DNA from: Rhodospirillales bacterium
GTDB lineage: Bacteria > Pseudomonadota > Alphaproteobacteria > Bin95
DNA: 64,000 nucleotides
Direction: 5' to 3'
NCBI GenBank assembly: GCA_038143065.1
Contig: JAYQLI010000035.1
Span: 480,001 to 544,000 of the forward strand
Part shown: in pieces, positions 34,050-46,908 of the stretch
How positions within the stretch are numbered: position 1 is the stretch's first letter
Layout: each line of letters opens with the position of its first letter
Notes under the pieces: model-generated
Database searches by the model: none
What the model was told of the DNA's origin: nothing
The model's input: only the letters and a program-made list of their open reading frames with translations
Translations under genes and position numbers: made by a program

Positions 34050-35375
34050 ATGAGACTACTAAAATTTGTAGTTTGCTTTACCGGATTTCTTGTCGCCGCG
34101 TGCGGAGATGGAAGCTTTTTAGAAGCCCAAAAGAAGCCCAGGCTTCCTGGTGATCGCATAGACCCATTAGCTAAAATATCTGCGTTGAAACCAGATAGTT
34201 CATTGCGTGATGTACAACCTGTTCTTCCTCCTTCCTTTAATGCTGATTGGCCACAACCACACGGAGGTCCTAACCATTCGCCAGGTCATCGGAGCTTATC
34301 AAGTCAGCCATCACTTCAATGGAGTGTTGATATTGGAGAGGGCACAAATAATGAAGAACGTCGGATACTTTATCCCCCTGTCTCTGATGGTGAACGCCTG
34401 TATTCATTAGATGCAGGAGGGCGTGTTATAGCGCTCGCAGCAAATTCTGGTGAAGAAATTTGGCGTCGCAATCCTGTTCCAGAACAGGAGGAAGATGGGT
34501 ACGGTGGGGGCTTATCCGTTGCTGACGGTAAGGTGTATTTTGCGGCCGGGTTCAGCGCTGTAATCGCTTTTGATTCTTCTAATGGAGAAGAGCTTTGGCG
34601 TACAGCATTACCTACTCCATCCCGAGCAGCACCTTCGATCGATCGCGGCAGAGTATTTGTTATTACTATTGATAATCGTTTGATTGTTTTAGATGGCAGT
34701 GACGGTCGAATTCTTTGGAGTTTTGAGGCTCCAGCTGCATCGGCGACGCTTCTTGGTGGCGCTTCTCCTGCTGCCGCTGCAGGTGCAGTAATTGCTGCGA
34801 TGTCAACGGGTGAGATTTTTGCCTTTAGTGCCGCCAGCGGTCGCGTTGTTTGGGATGATGCACTTAAAGCAATTCGAGGGGTTGGTCTTTCCCGAGCTAT
34901 ACCAGCTGCACGAGCATTGCCCGTGATAGATAATGATCAGGTTTTTGCTGTGGGTGCAGGAGGTTTTACGACCAGTATAAACTTTGTAACTGGACAACGT
35001 ATTTGGGATATTGAACTTGGTGGAGCTGAAACTCCTATCGTGCTTGGTGATTACATTTATATGGTCAGCAGTCCTGAGCATTTAGTGGCTCTTCGCCGTA
35101 GGGACGGTGCCGTCGTATGGGCTACCAACCTAGCTGAAGTCTTAGGGGATAATGACGATAATGACCCTTTGCATCGTATCTATACTGGACCAATAGCTGC
35201 GGGAGGTCATTTGGTTTTAGTAAGAGGTGATGGAGTTCTAATTTTCATCCAGCCAAGTGATGGTGCTCTTAAGCAAAGGATTGAGCTACCAGGGCCAACA
35301 GTTTTGGCTCCGATTGTTGTTAATGGAACAATGTATATCCTAACTGAGGACGGCGTGCTTGCCGCATACCGTTAA
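34050..35375 (+). CDS. bamB: PQQ-like beta-propeller lipoprotein (BamB-like)
   Basis: Lipobox LVAAC and repeated G..xW propeller motifs. Confidence 0.8.
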   Translation: MRLLKFVVCFTGFLVAACGDGSFLEAQKKPRLPGDRIDPLAKISALKPDSSLRDVQPVLPPSFNADWPQPHGGPNHSPGHRSLSSQPSLQWSVDIGEGTNNEERRILYPPVSDGERLYSLDAGGRVIALAANSGEEIWRRNPVPEQEEDGYGGGLSVADGKVYFAAGFSAVIAFDSSNGEELWRTALPTPSRAAPSIDRGRVFVITIDNRLIVLDGSDGRILWSFEAPAASATLLGGASPAAAAGAVIAAMSTGEIFAFSAASGRVVWDDALKAIRGVGLSRAIPAARALPVIDNDQVFAVGAGGFTTSINFVTGQRIWDIELGGAETPIVLGDYIYMVSSPEHLVALRRRDGAVVWATNLAEVLGDNDDNDPLHRIYTGPIAAGGHLVLVRGDGVLIFIQPSDGALKQRIELPGPTVLAPIVVNGTMYILTEDGVLAAYR

Positions 35376-36762
35376 TGTTTACGGTCGCTATAGTTGGTCG
35401 TCCCAATGTAGGTAAATCTACTTTATTCAACCGATTAACAGGTAAACGGGCTGCAATTGTTGATAACCAGCCGGGCGTCACTAGAGATAGACGTTTCGGC
35501 GCAGCTAACATCGCAGATCTAGAATTTACTGCTATTGATACAGCGGGCTTTGATGACCAAGAGCGGGGGTATCTAGCTGAGGGAATGAGGCGTCAAACTG
35601 AAAGGGCATTGGATGAAGCTGATGCTGCTATCATGTTAATTGACGCGCGGTCGGGGATTACCCCTTTAGATCAGAGTTTTGCAGAAATTTTAAGATCATA
35701 TGGAAAACCCTTTGCGCTTATAGCAAACAAATGTGAAGGCAGAGCAAGTCAAGTGGGTCTTGCGGAAGCTTGGGAATTAGGACTGGGTGAAGCCTGTGCA
35801 GTTTCCGCTGAACATGGAGAGGGTTTATCGGAACTTTACGATCTCCTATTGGATCTTAAGGAGAGATCTGGACTTATAGAAAGTGATGGAACTGTAACGA
35901 TAAGGGAATCTAGCGTTGGCGCAGAAATTGATGCCGATGCTGAAGATGAACTCTTAAGGCCAGTACGCCTTGCAATTATCGGACGTCCTAATGTTGGAAA
36001 GTCAACGCTTTTAAACCGGATCCTTGGAGAGGAGAGGGCTCTCGTTGGTCCGGAGCCCGGTGTGACGCGTGACTCAATATCCGTTGATTTCATGTGGCGT
36101 GAGAAACCTGTTATTCTCTTTGACACCGCAGGAATGAGACGAAGGGCTCGTGTGCAGGATACCGTCGAGAAAAAAGCTGTCGGAGACACTTTTGAGGCGG
36201 TTAAGTTTGCCGACGTTACCGTATTGATTATCGATGCTAACTTTGGACTTGAGCGGCAAGATCTGACTATTGCACACCACGTTGTAACTGAAGGACGAGC
36301 ATTAGTTATAGGTATTAATAAATGGGACTCAGTGAAGGACAGAGATGCCAGCATTAGTGGTGTCCGCGATAGGATCCTTACATCACTTCCTGATGCCAAA
36401 GGCGTTAGCGTAGTCACGCTTTCAGGCCTGACTGGCGATCGAGTAGATAAGCTTTTAGATGCGGCAATGGCTGCTTACGAAATTTGGAATACTCGTGTTT
36501 CGACGGGAGCCTTAAATCGTTGGCTAGCTGAAGTTGTTGAGAGGCACCCGCCTCCTTTACATCGAGGGCGCCGCCCAAGACTTCGTTACATGACTCAAAT
36601 TAAGCGTCGCCCTCCTACCTTTACCCTTTTTGGGGTTGATAGGGATTCATTGCCCGAAACCTATTTAAGATATCTGGCGAATGAACTGCGTGTTGCGTTT
36701 GACTTTCCGGGTACTCTATACGTTTCAATCTCCGTCGAGCTGAAAACCCTTTCAAGGATTAA
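35375..36762 (+). CDS. der: Ribosome biogenesis GTPase Der (frameshift near 36715)
   Basis: Two GRPNVGKS/DTAG/NK GTPase domains followed by the KH-like domain. Confidence 0.96.
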
Positions 36763-36767
36763 AATTT

Positions 36768-37688
36768 ATGTCACTTTTCCAACCTCCTAAGGATATTAAA
36801 GCAGAGGTTTTTGTAAGCCTGCCTGATAAATTTCGTGTGAAGGGAAAAGTGCCTGAGTGGGCAATCATTAATAAGGCTGGGTCAACTTTAGACAGTTTTC
36901 TTGAGGGCCCTGCTTTTGATAAAGCCGGAAATTTATATTTCGTTGATATAGCTTGGGGACGTATTTTTAAAGCAGATCCCGCAGGAAATATCGATTTAGT
37001 AACAGAGTATGATGGTGAACCAAACGGCTTAAAAGTTATGGCTGATGGTTCCCTAATGGTGGCAGATTACAAAAATGGTTTAATGTTGGTAGACCCAGTA
37101 TCTGGTTTGGTCACACCCCATTGCACGCGGTATCGTCTAGAAGCTTTTAAGGGTGTAAACGATTTATGTATTTCTAAGAACGGAACAATTTGGTTCACTG
37201 ATCAGGGACAAACGGGTCTGCAAGATCCAACTGGGCGGATTTTCCGGCTACAGGTTGATGGCTCCCTAGACTGTTTCCTTGAGGGAATTCCCAGCCCTAA
37301 TGGGTTGGTTCTTAACCAATCAGAAACTATTCTTTTTATAGCCGTTACACGCGGTAACAATGTCTGGCGTGCACCGATAATGCCAGATGGAATGCCCAGC
37401 AAGGTGGGCGTGTTTTTACAGTTGTCTGGTGGCGGCGGACCAGATGGGATGGCTTTGACAGCAGATGGGGGATTAGTCGTAGCTCATGCTGGCATGGGCT
37501 CTGTATGGGTTTTTTCACCATTAGGTGAACCATTATATCGCGTGAGGTGCGAAAAGGGCATTACATCGACCAATGTCGCATTTGGTGGAGCTAATAATCG
37601 GGATCTTTACATCACAGAAAGCGAATCTGGTCATATTCTAAAGGCAAAGCTTCCTGTTTCTGGACTTCCTCTGCAGCACTTAAACTAA
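36768..37688 (+). CDS. SMP-30/gluconolactonase family protein
   Basis: FLEGP, PNGL, VNDL, GPDG, TNVAFGG. Confidence 0.9.
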   Translation: MSLFQPPKDIKAEVFVSLPDKFRVKGKVPEWAIINKAGSTLDSFLEGPAFDKAGNLYFVDIAWGRIFKADPAGNIDLVTEYDGEPNGLKVMADGSLMVADYKNGLMLVDPVSGLVTPHCTRYRLEAFKGVNDLCISKNGTIWFTDQGQTGLQDPTGRIFRLQVDGSLDCFLEGIPSPNGLVLNQSETILFIAVTRGNNVWRAPIMPDGMPSKVGVFLQLSGGGGPDGMALTADGGLVVAHAGMGSVWVFSPLGEPLYRVRCEKGITSTNVAFGGANNRDLYITESESGHILKAKLPVSGLPLQHLN

Positions 37689-39849
37689 TTGAATCGAGTG
37701 GCTATCTGATCTTTCGATAAAAGTTCCAATTACCTTTGCTTCTGGATAGCCGTTGGAACGTAATGAATTTATTGCTAATTCAGAACTCTGAGCCGGAATA
37801 GCTGCTAGAAGGCCTCCAGCTGTTTGAGGGTCAAACAGAGTCGGTTTTTCTTGCCGAACCGAAAGGTTGGAAATTCGTGAAGCAAAAGCAGAATTAGGTT
37901 CAGCCATCGTGCTCTCTATTCCAGCTTTTAAGGCTTTAATTGCTCCTGATAAACAAGGGATCGAGTCACTGTTAATTTGAGCAGATAAGCTAGCACCGTC
38001 AGCCATTTCTATTAAATGTCCTGCAAGTCCAAATCCGGTAACATCAGTTAGAGCATGAGCACCCAAATCGGCTAAAATCTTTGAAGCACATTCATTGGAT
38101 TTTCTCATTTGAAGTATTGCTTCTTCAAAATCACTATGATCGGCAGCAGCATGCATATTTGCCGCTAAAATGGCTCCAAGGCCTAATGGTTTTGTAAGGA
38201 TGATATGATCGCCTAGTTCTGCTCCTGCTTTATGCTTAATCATTTCATTTGATATGAACCCATTAACACTAAGACCAAGAGCTAATTCCGCGCCTTCACC
38301 GGTATGTCCTCCAACCAATGTTGCTCCTGCTTGTTCCAAGGCATCCTTTACTCCAGTAAGTAACTGGAACAAGTCACGTTCCGTAGCGCTTTCGCTGCCA
38401 AAAGGTAAAATCGCAGTCACTAGCGCGCTGGAAGGCTTTGCGCCCATTGCATAAATGTCACTAAGAGCATGCTTTGTAGAAATCTCACCAAATAAATAAG
38501 GATCACCTAGGAAATCTCGGAAATGGTCAACTGTTTGTACTAATTTCGCCCCTGGTGGAGGCGTAATTATCGCTGCGTCATCCCCTGTGTGATTTGATAG
38601 GCCAAGCCGCTTTAATACCCGCCTCAAGATGGGACTTGATATTTTTGCTCCACAACCCCCACAACGCATTTGATGATTAATCTCTTGAGATTGCGCTGTT
38701 TCGGATGAAGCGGTGGGCATTGGAGGAAGTTTTGAATAACGAGCCATCCACCTTCGGTCGAGGATGTCCTTCCACTGCCAAACCCAATGGCCTGAAAGCG
38801 CCAACTTACCGTACGACGCTACTGCGGTTTCATGGCCAGTTGTAATGATAGCCAAAGTTCGTTTTTGTGGTCGCCACTTTAACAATGGTATGCCTAGTGC
38901 AGCTCGGCGGAGATTTTGAGCAAGGAGGGGGCCTTGGCGAACTGCGTAAACGCCTGACTTAGCAACGGGAGAGTTGCTAAACTCAGCGCAATCCCCAGCA
39001 GCAAATATATCTGGATGACTCCGACTCTGAAGTGATGAATTGATCTTTAAAAATCCATTTTCGTTTGTGGCGAGTCCAGTTAATGCCAGCCAATTGTGAG
39101 CTGCCGCCCCTGTAGCCAACACGAAAAAATCGGCTTTGAGCTTTTCGCCAGTATGCAGAATTACCTCCGCCTCATCGTTTGCAATGGCGCGAGCTTTAAA
39201 TCGCAATTTAATATTTTTACTGACAAGGGCCTTTTTATTTGGCGTCGAACTGAAGCCCCATGTCCGGGCAAAAGGTCATCTGTATCCGATATTAATGTTA
39301 TAGAGGCTGGATTGTTTTTTTATGCTCAAAATACGCATGTAACGATATCGCTGTTTCTATTCCCCCGGCACCAGCACCAGCAATTACAATCTCAGGATGC
39401 GCAACGTTCTTTTGGTCAAGCTTTTGTAGGCTTTTTTAAGAACTGTTGTATTGGTTTTACTGGGAATGCATACTTAGACGCACCCTCAATATCTGTAATG
39501 GGTGGGGTTGAGCCAATATTAACAGATAGGACGTTGTAAGCGACTGGTGGTCTGTTTTTAGGATGACTTCCTGACTAACGGGATCAATATTGATCGCCTT
39601 ATCACAGATAAAATCAATTTTTCCCCACCGTGTTAGCTTATTTAAATCAATATAGCTTTCATCAGCTGTATATTCGCCACGAATAAGTCCAGGAAGCATT
39701 CCTGAGTAGGGCGTTCTCATATCCTCCGATATAACTGTTAACCTCACGCCCGGCTCAGGGCGCATGGCAAATGCCTTGATCACTGCCAGATGGGCGTGAC
39801 CACCACCAATGAGAACAATATCTTTTTCTACAGGGGCTGCTTGCTGCAA
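37680..39849 (-). CDS. selD: Selenide,water dikinase fused to an N-terminal FAD/NAD(P) oxidoreductase (frameshifted)
   Basis: N-term LIGGGHAH, PYSGMLPG, FAAGDC, GVYAVRQG. C-term MRCGGCGAK, DDAA, QTVDHF, GGHT, TDVTGFGLAGHL, DPQTAGGLL. Confidence 0.93.
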
Positions 39850-40003
39850 CGGAATGACCTTGTCAAATTGTCTGGATGAAGTGACTGTGGGTTGCAGCTA
39901 AACAAACCAAGTGCCACCTGCAAATTATTAATGGGTAAAACATAGTTTTTAAAAGTCTATATAAAATGTCTTTAAGGTTTTTGCGCTCGAAACTTTTTGA
40001 TGA

Positions 40004-40561
40004 TCACCGCGTGCGAGACCATGGCAGCATTCGTCTTAGAGTATTATCTCCATCACAAAAATGATGTTTAAGCGCGGCGAGAGAGTGAACGAGGATGAGG
40101 CAGATCAATAGATTACCAATAATTTCGTGAGCGACTTTAGACGCAACCAGGATGCTCTCGCTTGAGCTAAAGAGATTTGGAACAATAATTCCAGAATTAA
40201 AAATATCGATCGGTGTGCCACTTGCAGACGCCATCATCCAACCACTTATTGGTAGACCTGCTATGCAGGCGTAAAGAAAGATATGAGCCCATTTGGCTAG
40301 AACAGATTGTTTTTGACTGATGGTCGAAATTGGGATGGGAGGTGGATCTATCTTACGCCAAGCCAAACGCAGCAAAACTACTGTTAGCACTATCATTCCA
40401 AGCGATTTGTGAAAGGCATAGAGCTCAAACTTAAGTGGGCTAAGTTCAAGTTCATGCATATAAATCCCAAGCGCAATCATAACTAAGATCAGAGCGACTG
40501 TTATCCAGTGAAAAAATTTTGCGAGGCTGCCAAAGTTATTTTTAGTATTTCTGATACCCAT
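40004..40561 (-). CDS. Cytochrome b561 (CybB/YceJ-like)
   Basis: FHW, HKSLG, H..LY, H..AALKHH..D..L.RM. Confidence 0.9.
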   Translation of the reverse strand: MGIRNTKNNFGSLAKFFHWITVALILVMIALGIYMHELELSPLKFELYAFHKSLGMIVLTVVLLRLAWRKIDPPPIPISTISQKQSVLAKWAHIFLYACIAGLPISGWMMASASGTPIDIFNSGIIVPNLFSSSESILVASKVAHEIIGNLLICLILVHSLAALKHHFCDGDNTLRRMLPWSRTR

Positions 40562-40572
40562 GACAGATTTCT

Positions 40573-41165
40573 TTATTTTGGGGAGGCTTCAAAAGCTATT
40601 TTTATCGTAACTTCGTTGGAAACAAATGCGCGCCATGCACTAAGTCCCCAGTCGCGCCTGTTAATTGTAGCTTCAGCTTGAATTCCAATAATTGGTGAAC
40701 CCGTAAAAGGATGTTTTGCCTCCCATTAAACTGGGCCTTAAATATGACTGGGCGTTTTTTGCCTTTGAGTTCAAGCTCCCCTTCAACATGGCCAGTGTTA
40801 TCGCTCTTTCGAACAATTCTAGTGCTAGTGAATGTCATATATGGAAAATTTTGCGCGTCGAAGAACTGATCGCCTACAAGTATCTCGTTCATCAGACCGT
40901 CGTCGGTCTCTAGACTTTTTATTGATATTTTAACCTTTACGGAGCTGTTCTCAGCATTCTGTCTGTCATAATCCAGATGTATTTCAGCTTTCTTAAAGCG
41001 ACCGTAATTCGGAAGTATTCCTAAATGTTGGACGGAAAATTGAACGAATGTGTGCTTTGGGTCTGACTTCCAGGGCGCAGCAAAGGCATTCATGGATGAA
41101 ATGAATAAGATTACCGCAGTTAAACATGGTGAGATTATTTTCAAAATCATTTTAAAGCCCTTCAA
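40573..41165 (-). CDS. YceI family protein (frameshifted)
   Basis: Signal peptide, DPKHT.V.F.V.HLG, FFD..NFP...F.ST. Paired with cytochrome b561. Confidence 0.88.
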
Positions 41166-41258
41166 GTGCCTTATGCTTCTGCGCTCTTAAGAATACGGAG
41201 ATCAACTGAATCAACCCTGAATTCATTAGATCATATTTATATTATTATCGCAGTGTTT

Positions 41259-42650
41259 TTAGTAATCTAAGGATGCCATCTCCCCCAAAGTAACCGGGGA
41301 TATGGGCATGCGAACACGCATTGGTTCTACTTCGCCTACCTTCTTACCATGACTTTGGGCAATTATCGCGGCTGTCGTATCGGCACATATTCGACCTTGG
41401 CATGGCCCCATTCCACAACGAAGGAATGCTTTTAGTTGGTTTGGGCCCTGTGCGCCCATTTTTACTGCATCGCGTATTTCACCAGCAGAAACTGCCTCAC
41501 ATCTACAGACAATTGTTGAATCCTTCGGATGAGTAAATGCTTTAGCTGGTGGATAGAGCGCGTTCAAAAATGGTCGGCTTGCTCTTGCTTTTCCAAGCTT
41601 CCGTAACTCTTCTGAGTTAACGCTTAAGTCTCCTTTGAGTGAATGGCTAACCGCTGCTCCCGCAAAGAATCCCATAGCTGATGCTGCCTTCCATCCTCCA
41701 ATACCTGCGGCATCACCTGCAACAAATATCCATGGTTTTTCTGCAAGCTGGCCAGCAATAGATACAAGTTTAGGTCGCCATGAAGCGTCTGATTTATCGT
41801 ACCACATGGATGTGCGCATTGATCTGAGTAGTTGAGTATTCGGAACAACGCCATCGTGGATGAGCAGAGAAGATGCGGAGCATTCTTCGGCTTTGCCTCT
41901 TAACGTTTTCCATGTCACCCGCTCAAGACTATTTTTCCCATGCGCTTCTAAGGAAATTACATTTTTAACCGAAGTTTTTGTTCCAAATGAGCTATTTAAA
42001 CGCCAAGCAATACCCTTTGATAGGTCTGCAGCTCCAGCAAGGGCTCCAGGGAGGTGAGGTATAGCTTTCCAAATACTATTTGGATGATCTAAACGAAGCA
42101 GAACATCTGGCTGCATGCCGACTGCTTTTAATTGTGATAAAATAAGCAGAAAAAGAGGTCCTTGGCCTGCGAGGACAAAAGGCCTTTTCGGGACTAAGTC
42201 CGCAGTTTTTAGTGCAATTTGCGCTGCTCCAGCAGTAATTATACCTGGCAAGGTCCAGCCAGGGAAAGGCATGGACCGCTCTTGGGCCCCTACAGCTATT
42301 ATAAGGCGTTTAGCGGCTATACGTTTAACGCTTCCGTTGTGCAGGTAAAGAATGATGCCGCCATTTTTGCTTTCTGTTTCCTCGACACCAATTACCCGGG
42401 CTTCTGGCCGATAATCTACGTTAGATGATAAAAAGTAGTTAATAGGATTGAGGCCTCGACGATAATCATTCCCAAAGTGCGATAGATCACGCCTTTGTTC
42501 TACCTGTTTCAAAGAGCGCCAAATTTGACCGCCGGGCATTGTTTGTTCGTCTAATACAACAACTTCATTATTTGAAGCCGCTTTCGCAGCAGCTATACCA
42601 GCTGGGCCAGCACCAATTATTACTACCTCGGTTGCTTCAGTTTTCATCAA
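41259..42650 (-). CDS. Opine oxidase subunit A/HcnB-like FAD oxidoreductase with BFD-like 2Fe-2S domain
   Basis: IGAGPAG, FPGWTLPG, VCRCE, RCGMGPCQGRIC. Confidence 0.88.
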   Translation of the reverse strand: MMKTEATEVVIIGAGPAGIAAAKAASNNEVVVLDEQTMPGGQIWRSLKQVEQRRDLSHFGNDYRRGLNPINYFLSSNVDYRPEARVIGVEETESKNGGIILYLHNGSVKRIAAKRLIIAVGAQERSMPFPGWTLPGIITAGAAQIALKTADLVPKRPFVLAGQGPLFLLILSQLKAVGMQPDVLLRLDHPNSIWKAIPHLPGALAGAADLSKGIAWRLNSSFGTKTSVKNVISLEAHGKNSLERVTWKTLRGKAEECSASSLLIHDGVVPNTQLLRSMRTSMWYDKSDASWRPKLVSIAGQLAEKPWIFVAGDAAGIGGWKAASAMGFFAGAAVSHSLKGDLSVNSEELRKLGKARASRPFLNALYPPAKAFTHPKDSTIVCRCEAVSAGEIRDAVKMGAQGPNQLKAFLRCGMGPCQGRICADTTAAIIAQSHGKKVGEVEPMRVRMPISPVTLGEMASLDY

Positions 42651-42922
42651 GCTCCTCCACGCTTGGTCTATTACTTTGCAACCTCACTACCATGCCTTCA
42701 GCGACAATAACCAAGCAAGCTTGTTTATTTGGACTGCCATCAATATTCATGAGACATTCAAAACAGGAACCCATTAAGCAGTAAGGGGCTCGTGGTTTTC
42801 AGAAACAGGATTATACCGCGTTGGAAAATGCTGTGAAGCTAATACCGCACTTGCGACACTCTCACCGGCACGGCAATAGAAGGTTTTCCATTTATTGTAA
42901 TATTTACAATATGTTCACCCAC
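42637..42922 (-). CDS. 2Fe-2S protein (HcnA/OoxC-like), frameshifted and absent from the ORF track
   Basis: Hand translation: GESVASAVL...RAPYCLMGSCFECLMNIDG.PNKQAC. Confidence 0.85.
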
Positions 42923-42932
42923 AATTTTACTT

Positions 42933-44081
42933 CTACGTATTAGCACTTTTAGCCTTTTGGAAGCGGGCGGATGAAAATTCTTCAAAGCCAATCGCCATTC
43001 GACCCTCCAAAATCCATTCGGGGATGCGCGAAGAATGTATAGCCGCCAGTGTTACGCCGGAGTGGTTTGTAACCATGAAGACACCTGGATGTGTTTTTGA
43101 CTCGTCGTAGATGGGGCACCCATCTGGAGGCATTATTCTAAGTGCTCCCAGCCCCTAACAATATTTACGTTTTTCAGTGCAGGTAAAATTTTAATGGCTC
43201 GGGCTGCAATGTCATTTGACACATCAACTGTATTTCTATCATCAAAATCCCACTTCCTCATGGCTGACGCCTAAGAGTATAGACCCTTCGTCTGTCTGCC
43301 TCATTGACTCAGTGGGCATTGGAAGAATTTTTCTAGGCGCTCTGTCACGAGTACCTGGCCTCGTTGAGGCCGTGTTGGGCAATGCAAGCCGCATTGTGCT
43401 GCAAGAGGCGGGATACCGTGCCCGCAAGCGATTACTACCTTCTCCGCGAAGACTGGAGCTTGCCCAGAGATCTGTATTTTATAAATATTTCCGGGGGAAC
43501 GGCTAATACCTTCAACACTGCTATTTATTTGATAGTACCCACCATGTTTTTGATATGCATGCAGCATGGCGCGAAGCAGTTTTAAGGGATTAACGTGCCC
43601 ATCATATTTGCAATAAGCGCCCGCTTGAACACTATCCCCAAATCTTACATCCTGGAATTAATTCTTCTATTGTTTTGCGATCAATCATTTCCGCTTCGTA
43701 TGGAAGGTTTCCGACCTGCGCTTTCATCTGATCGATTACATTTTGCGACGCGTTAAATTCTTCACGTGAAGTGCATAATGAGAGGCCACCACTCTGCTCG
43801 TGACCAATTTCCAATCCCTGTTTCTTCAGTAAGAATGCCGGCAAAGTCGAATAAATAGCAGCGGATTCTCGCGACCACTCCTGATATCTCTGTAGACCTA
43901 GGCCTTTTGTTTGGGTCCAAACTAACCCAAAATTTCCCCGGGCAGTGCGGAGGGCATTATCACCCTCATCTAAAATTATGACCTCTGCACGCTTGCAAGC
44001 TAGTCCAAGGCCGATAGCGGCACCGACCATTCCTCCACCAATTACTGCGACTTCTACGGTCTGCGTCATTAAACGTCTCAT
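42933..44081 (-). CDS. DAO-family FAD oxidoreductase (OoxB/HcnC-like), frameshifted
   Basis: IGGGMVG, RGNFGLVW.Q.KG, RPQRGQ, LRIMPPDG.P, HSGVTLA. Confidence 0.85.
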
Positions 44082-44225
44082 GGTTTAATACCATCGTAAC
44101 GATAGCCTCTTTGTCGCGCCTTAACTAGTTTAGTTTACATTGCGTCCATCTCTCATAACGCTTAGCTTCCGCAAGCAGAGAATCTAGGATCCACGTCCAA
44201 TTAACCTTGTAGGAAAGGTTGTTAA

Positions 44226-45429
<1,204 letters not shown>

Positions 45430-45556
45430 TGGGAGAGTCGAACAGTTTCTGACACTTGTGATGCTTAGACAACGTATTTTTAAATAAAAAATCCATTCCT
45501 TGAGTGTGTCTTTTTAAAGAAATAATATCAGAAAAAATATAAATATATTGATTAAA

Positions 45557-46300
45557 TTATAACGTCTTACCCCTTATGGTTCGAAAATATAGCCAATCGG
45601 GTAGGTGTGTGGCGATATAAAAGAGCAACGCAAAGCGTCTTGGAAATGAACTTCGAAATTTTCCACTACGCATTATTCTCATTGTTCGTTTAGCGGCATT
45701 TTTAGCTGACATAATGAAGGGCATGGGAAATTTGTTTTTGTCTGTAAGGCGAGATTTTATAAAACCTGGGTTTATGATTTGGATTGTAAATTTTTTAGGG
45801 TCCAAATCAGTCTTCAAGCATTCAGCTAAGTGAATTAATCCCGCTTTGCTGGAACTATATCCAATAGAGCCGGGCAAGCCGATCAAACCCGATAGTGATC
45901 CAATTAAAACTATATGACCGCCGTCATAAGTATCCATTTTTGGGATTACATGGCTAAGAGTTCTGAAGGCTCCCAAAAGATTGATATCTAACATTGCTTC
46001 GGCAACATTTGCCTGCCATGAGGAAGCGGACATAGGTTCATAAATGCCTGCCGAATATATAAAGCCGTCTAATTTTGGAATTTGCTGACAGGCTGAAGTG
46101 ACACTGTCTGCATTGCTAACATCTATGGGAATTACCGTGGTTGAACCAGGCAAGTCACTTGCAAGTTCATTTAAGCGCTCTGCATTCCTGGCCGATAAAA
46201 ATAGCTGAACCCCGGCAGACGAAAGTTCATGAGCCAATGCGCGGCCAAGACCTTCTGACGCCCCGATTAGCCAATATGTTTTACCACTTAATTCGATCAT
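45557..46300 (-). CDS. Short-chain dehydrogenase (RSP1087-like)
   Basis: GASEGLG, YSSSK, PGFIKSRLT.KN.F.MPF. Confidence 0.88.
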   Translation of the reverse strand: MIELSGKTYWLIGASEGLGRALAHELSSAGVQLFLSARNAERLNELASDLPGSTTVIPIDVSNADSVTSACQQIPKLDGFIYSAGIYEPMSASSWQANVAEAMLDINLLGAFRTLSHVIPKMDTYDGGHIVLIGSLSGLIGLPGSIGYSSSKAGLIHLAECLKTDLDPKKFTIQIINPGFIKSRLTDKNKFPMPFIMSAKNAAKRTMRIMRSGKFRSSFPRRFALLFYIATHLPDWLYFRTIRGKTL

Positions 46301-46900
46301 TATTCAGCGGCTATTTGAACTGCGCTCGTCTGGTCGGTGCGCACAAATACTGCCATTAATTCTGCAACCTTAATGCCAAATTTTCTCATTTCAGATCTGT
46401 TTACGATGGAGCCATCTGGCATCACGTACAACCAATCATTAACATTTAATACATGTCCTCCAGCCCTTTCAGGAAGCTTTAAGGAATAAGACATTTGAAT
46501 TGCATCTCCTCCTAACTTCCCAATTCCAACACCGATCACATCATCAGCTGTAGCAGCAAATTTTTTCCCATTATCGGTAATTTGGATGGCCCACTGTCTG
46601 CGATCTACTGCTCCTGATGCGTAGGTAAAGCGTTCATTTAGTTCACCATTATCTCCATTAAACTTTCCTTCAATTTCAGCTGTAAACCTGGAAATTACGC
46701 GACCTGTATAATTATAGATTACACCGTGAGCCGTGAAATTTCCGTTAAGTACTTGCGCCAAGCTATCAGCGGTGATTGGTTCTCCCGCCGAGTAGTCCGA
46801 GATCCTCTGAGCACCAAACCCATAAAAGGAATTCCATGCAAAATATCCAAGGAAAGCTAGGGTAATCCCTGTAATTAGAGACCAAATGAACTCACGACAG
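46300..46900 (-). CDS. DUF3833 family protein (start approximate)
   Basis: G...RF, E.F.Y..G..D.R.W, DWLY, NRS...KFG. Confidence 0.8.
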
Positions 46901-46908
46901 ACCTCCAG

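Noticed and set aside
38640-38675. Selenocysteine in the SelD active site
   Set aside because: The codons read TGT (CGGCGAK), with no in-frame UGA.
41170-41240. Possible RpoE-type promoter before yceI-cytochrome b561
   Set aside because: TGATCT and CGTA elements are present but not at 16-nt spacing.
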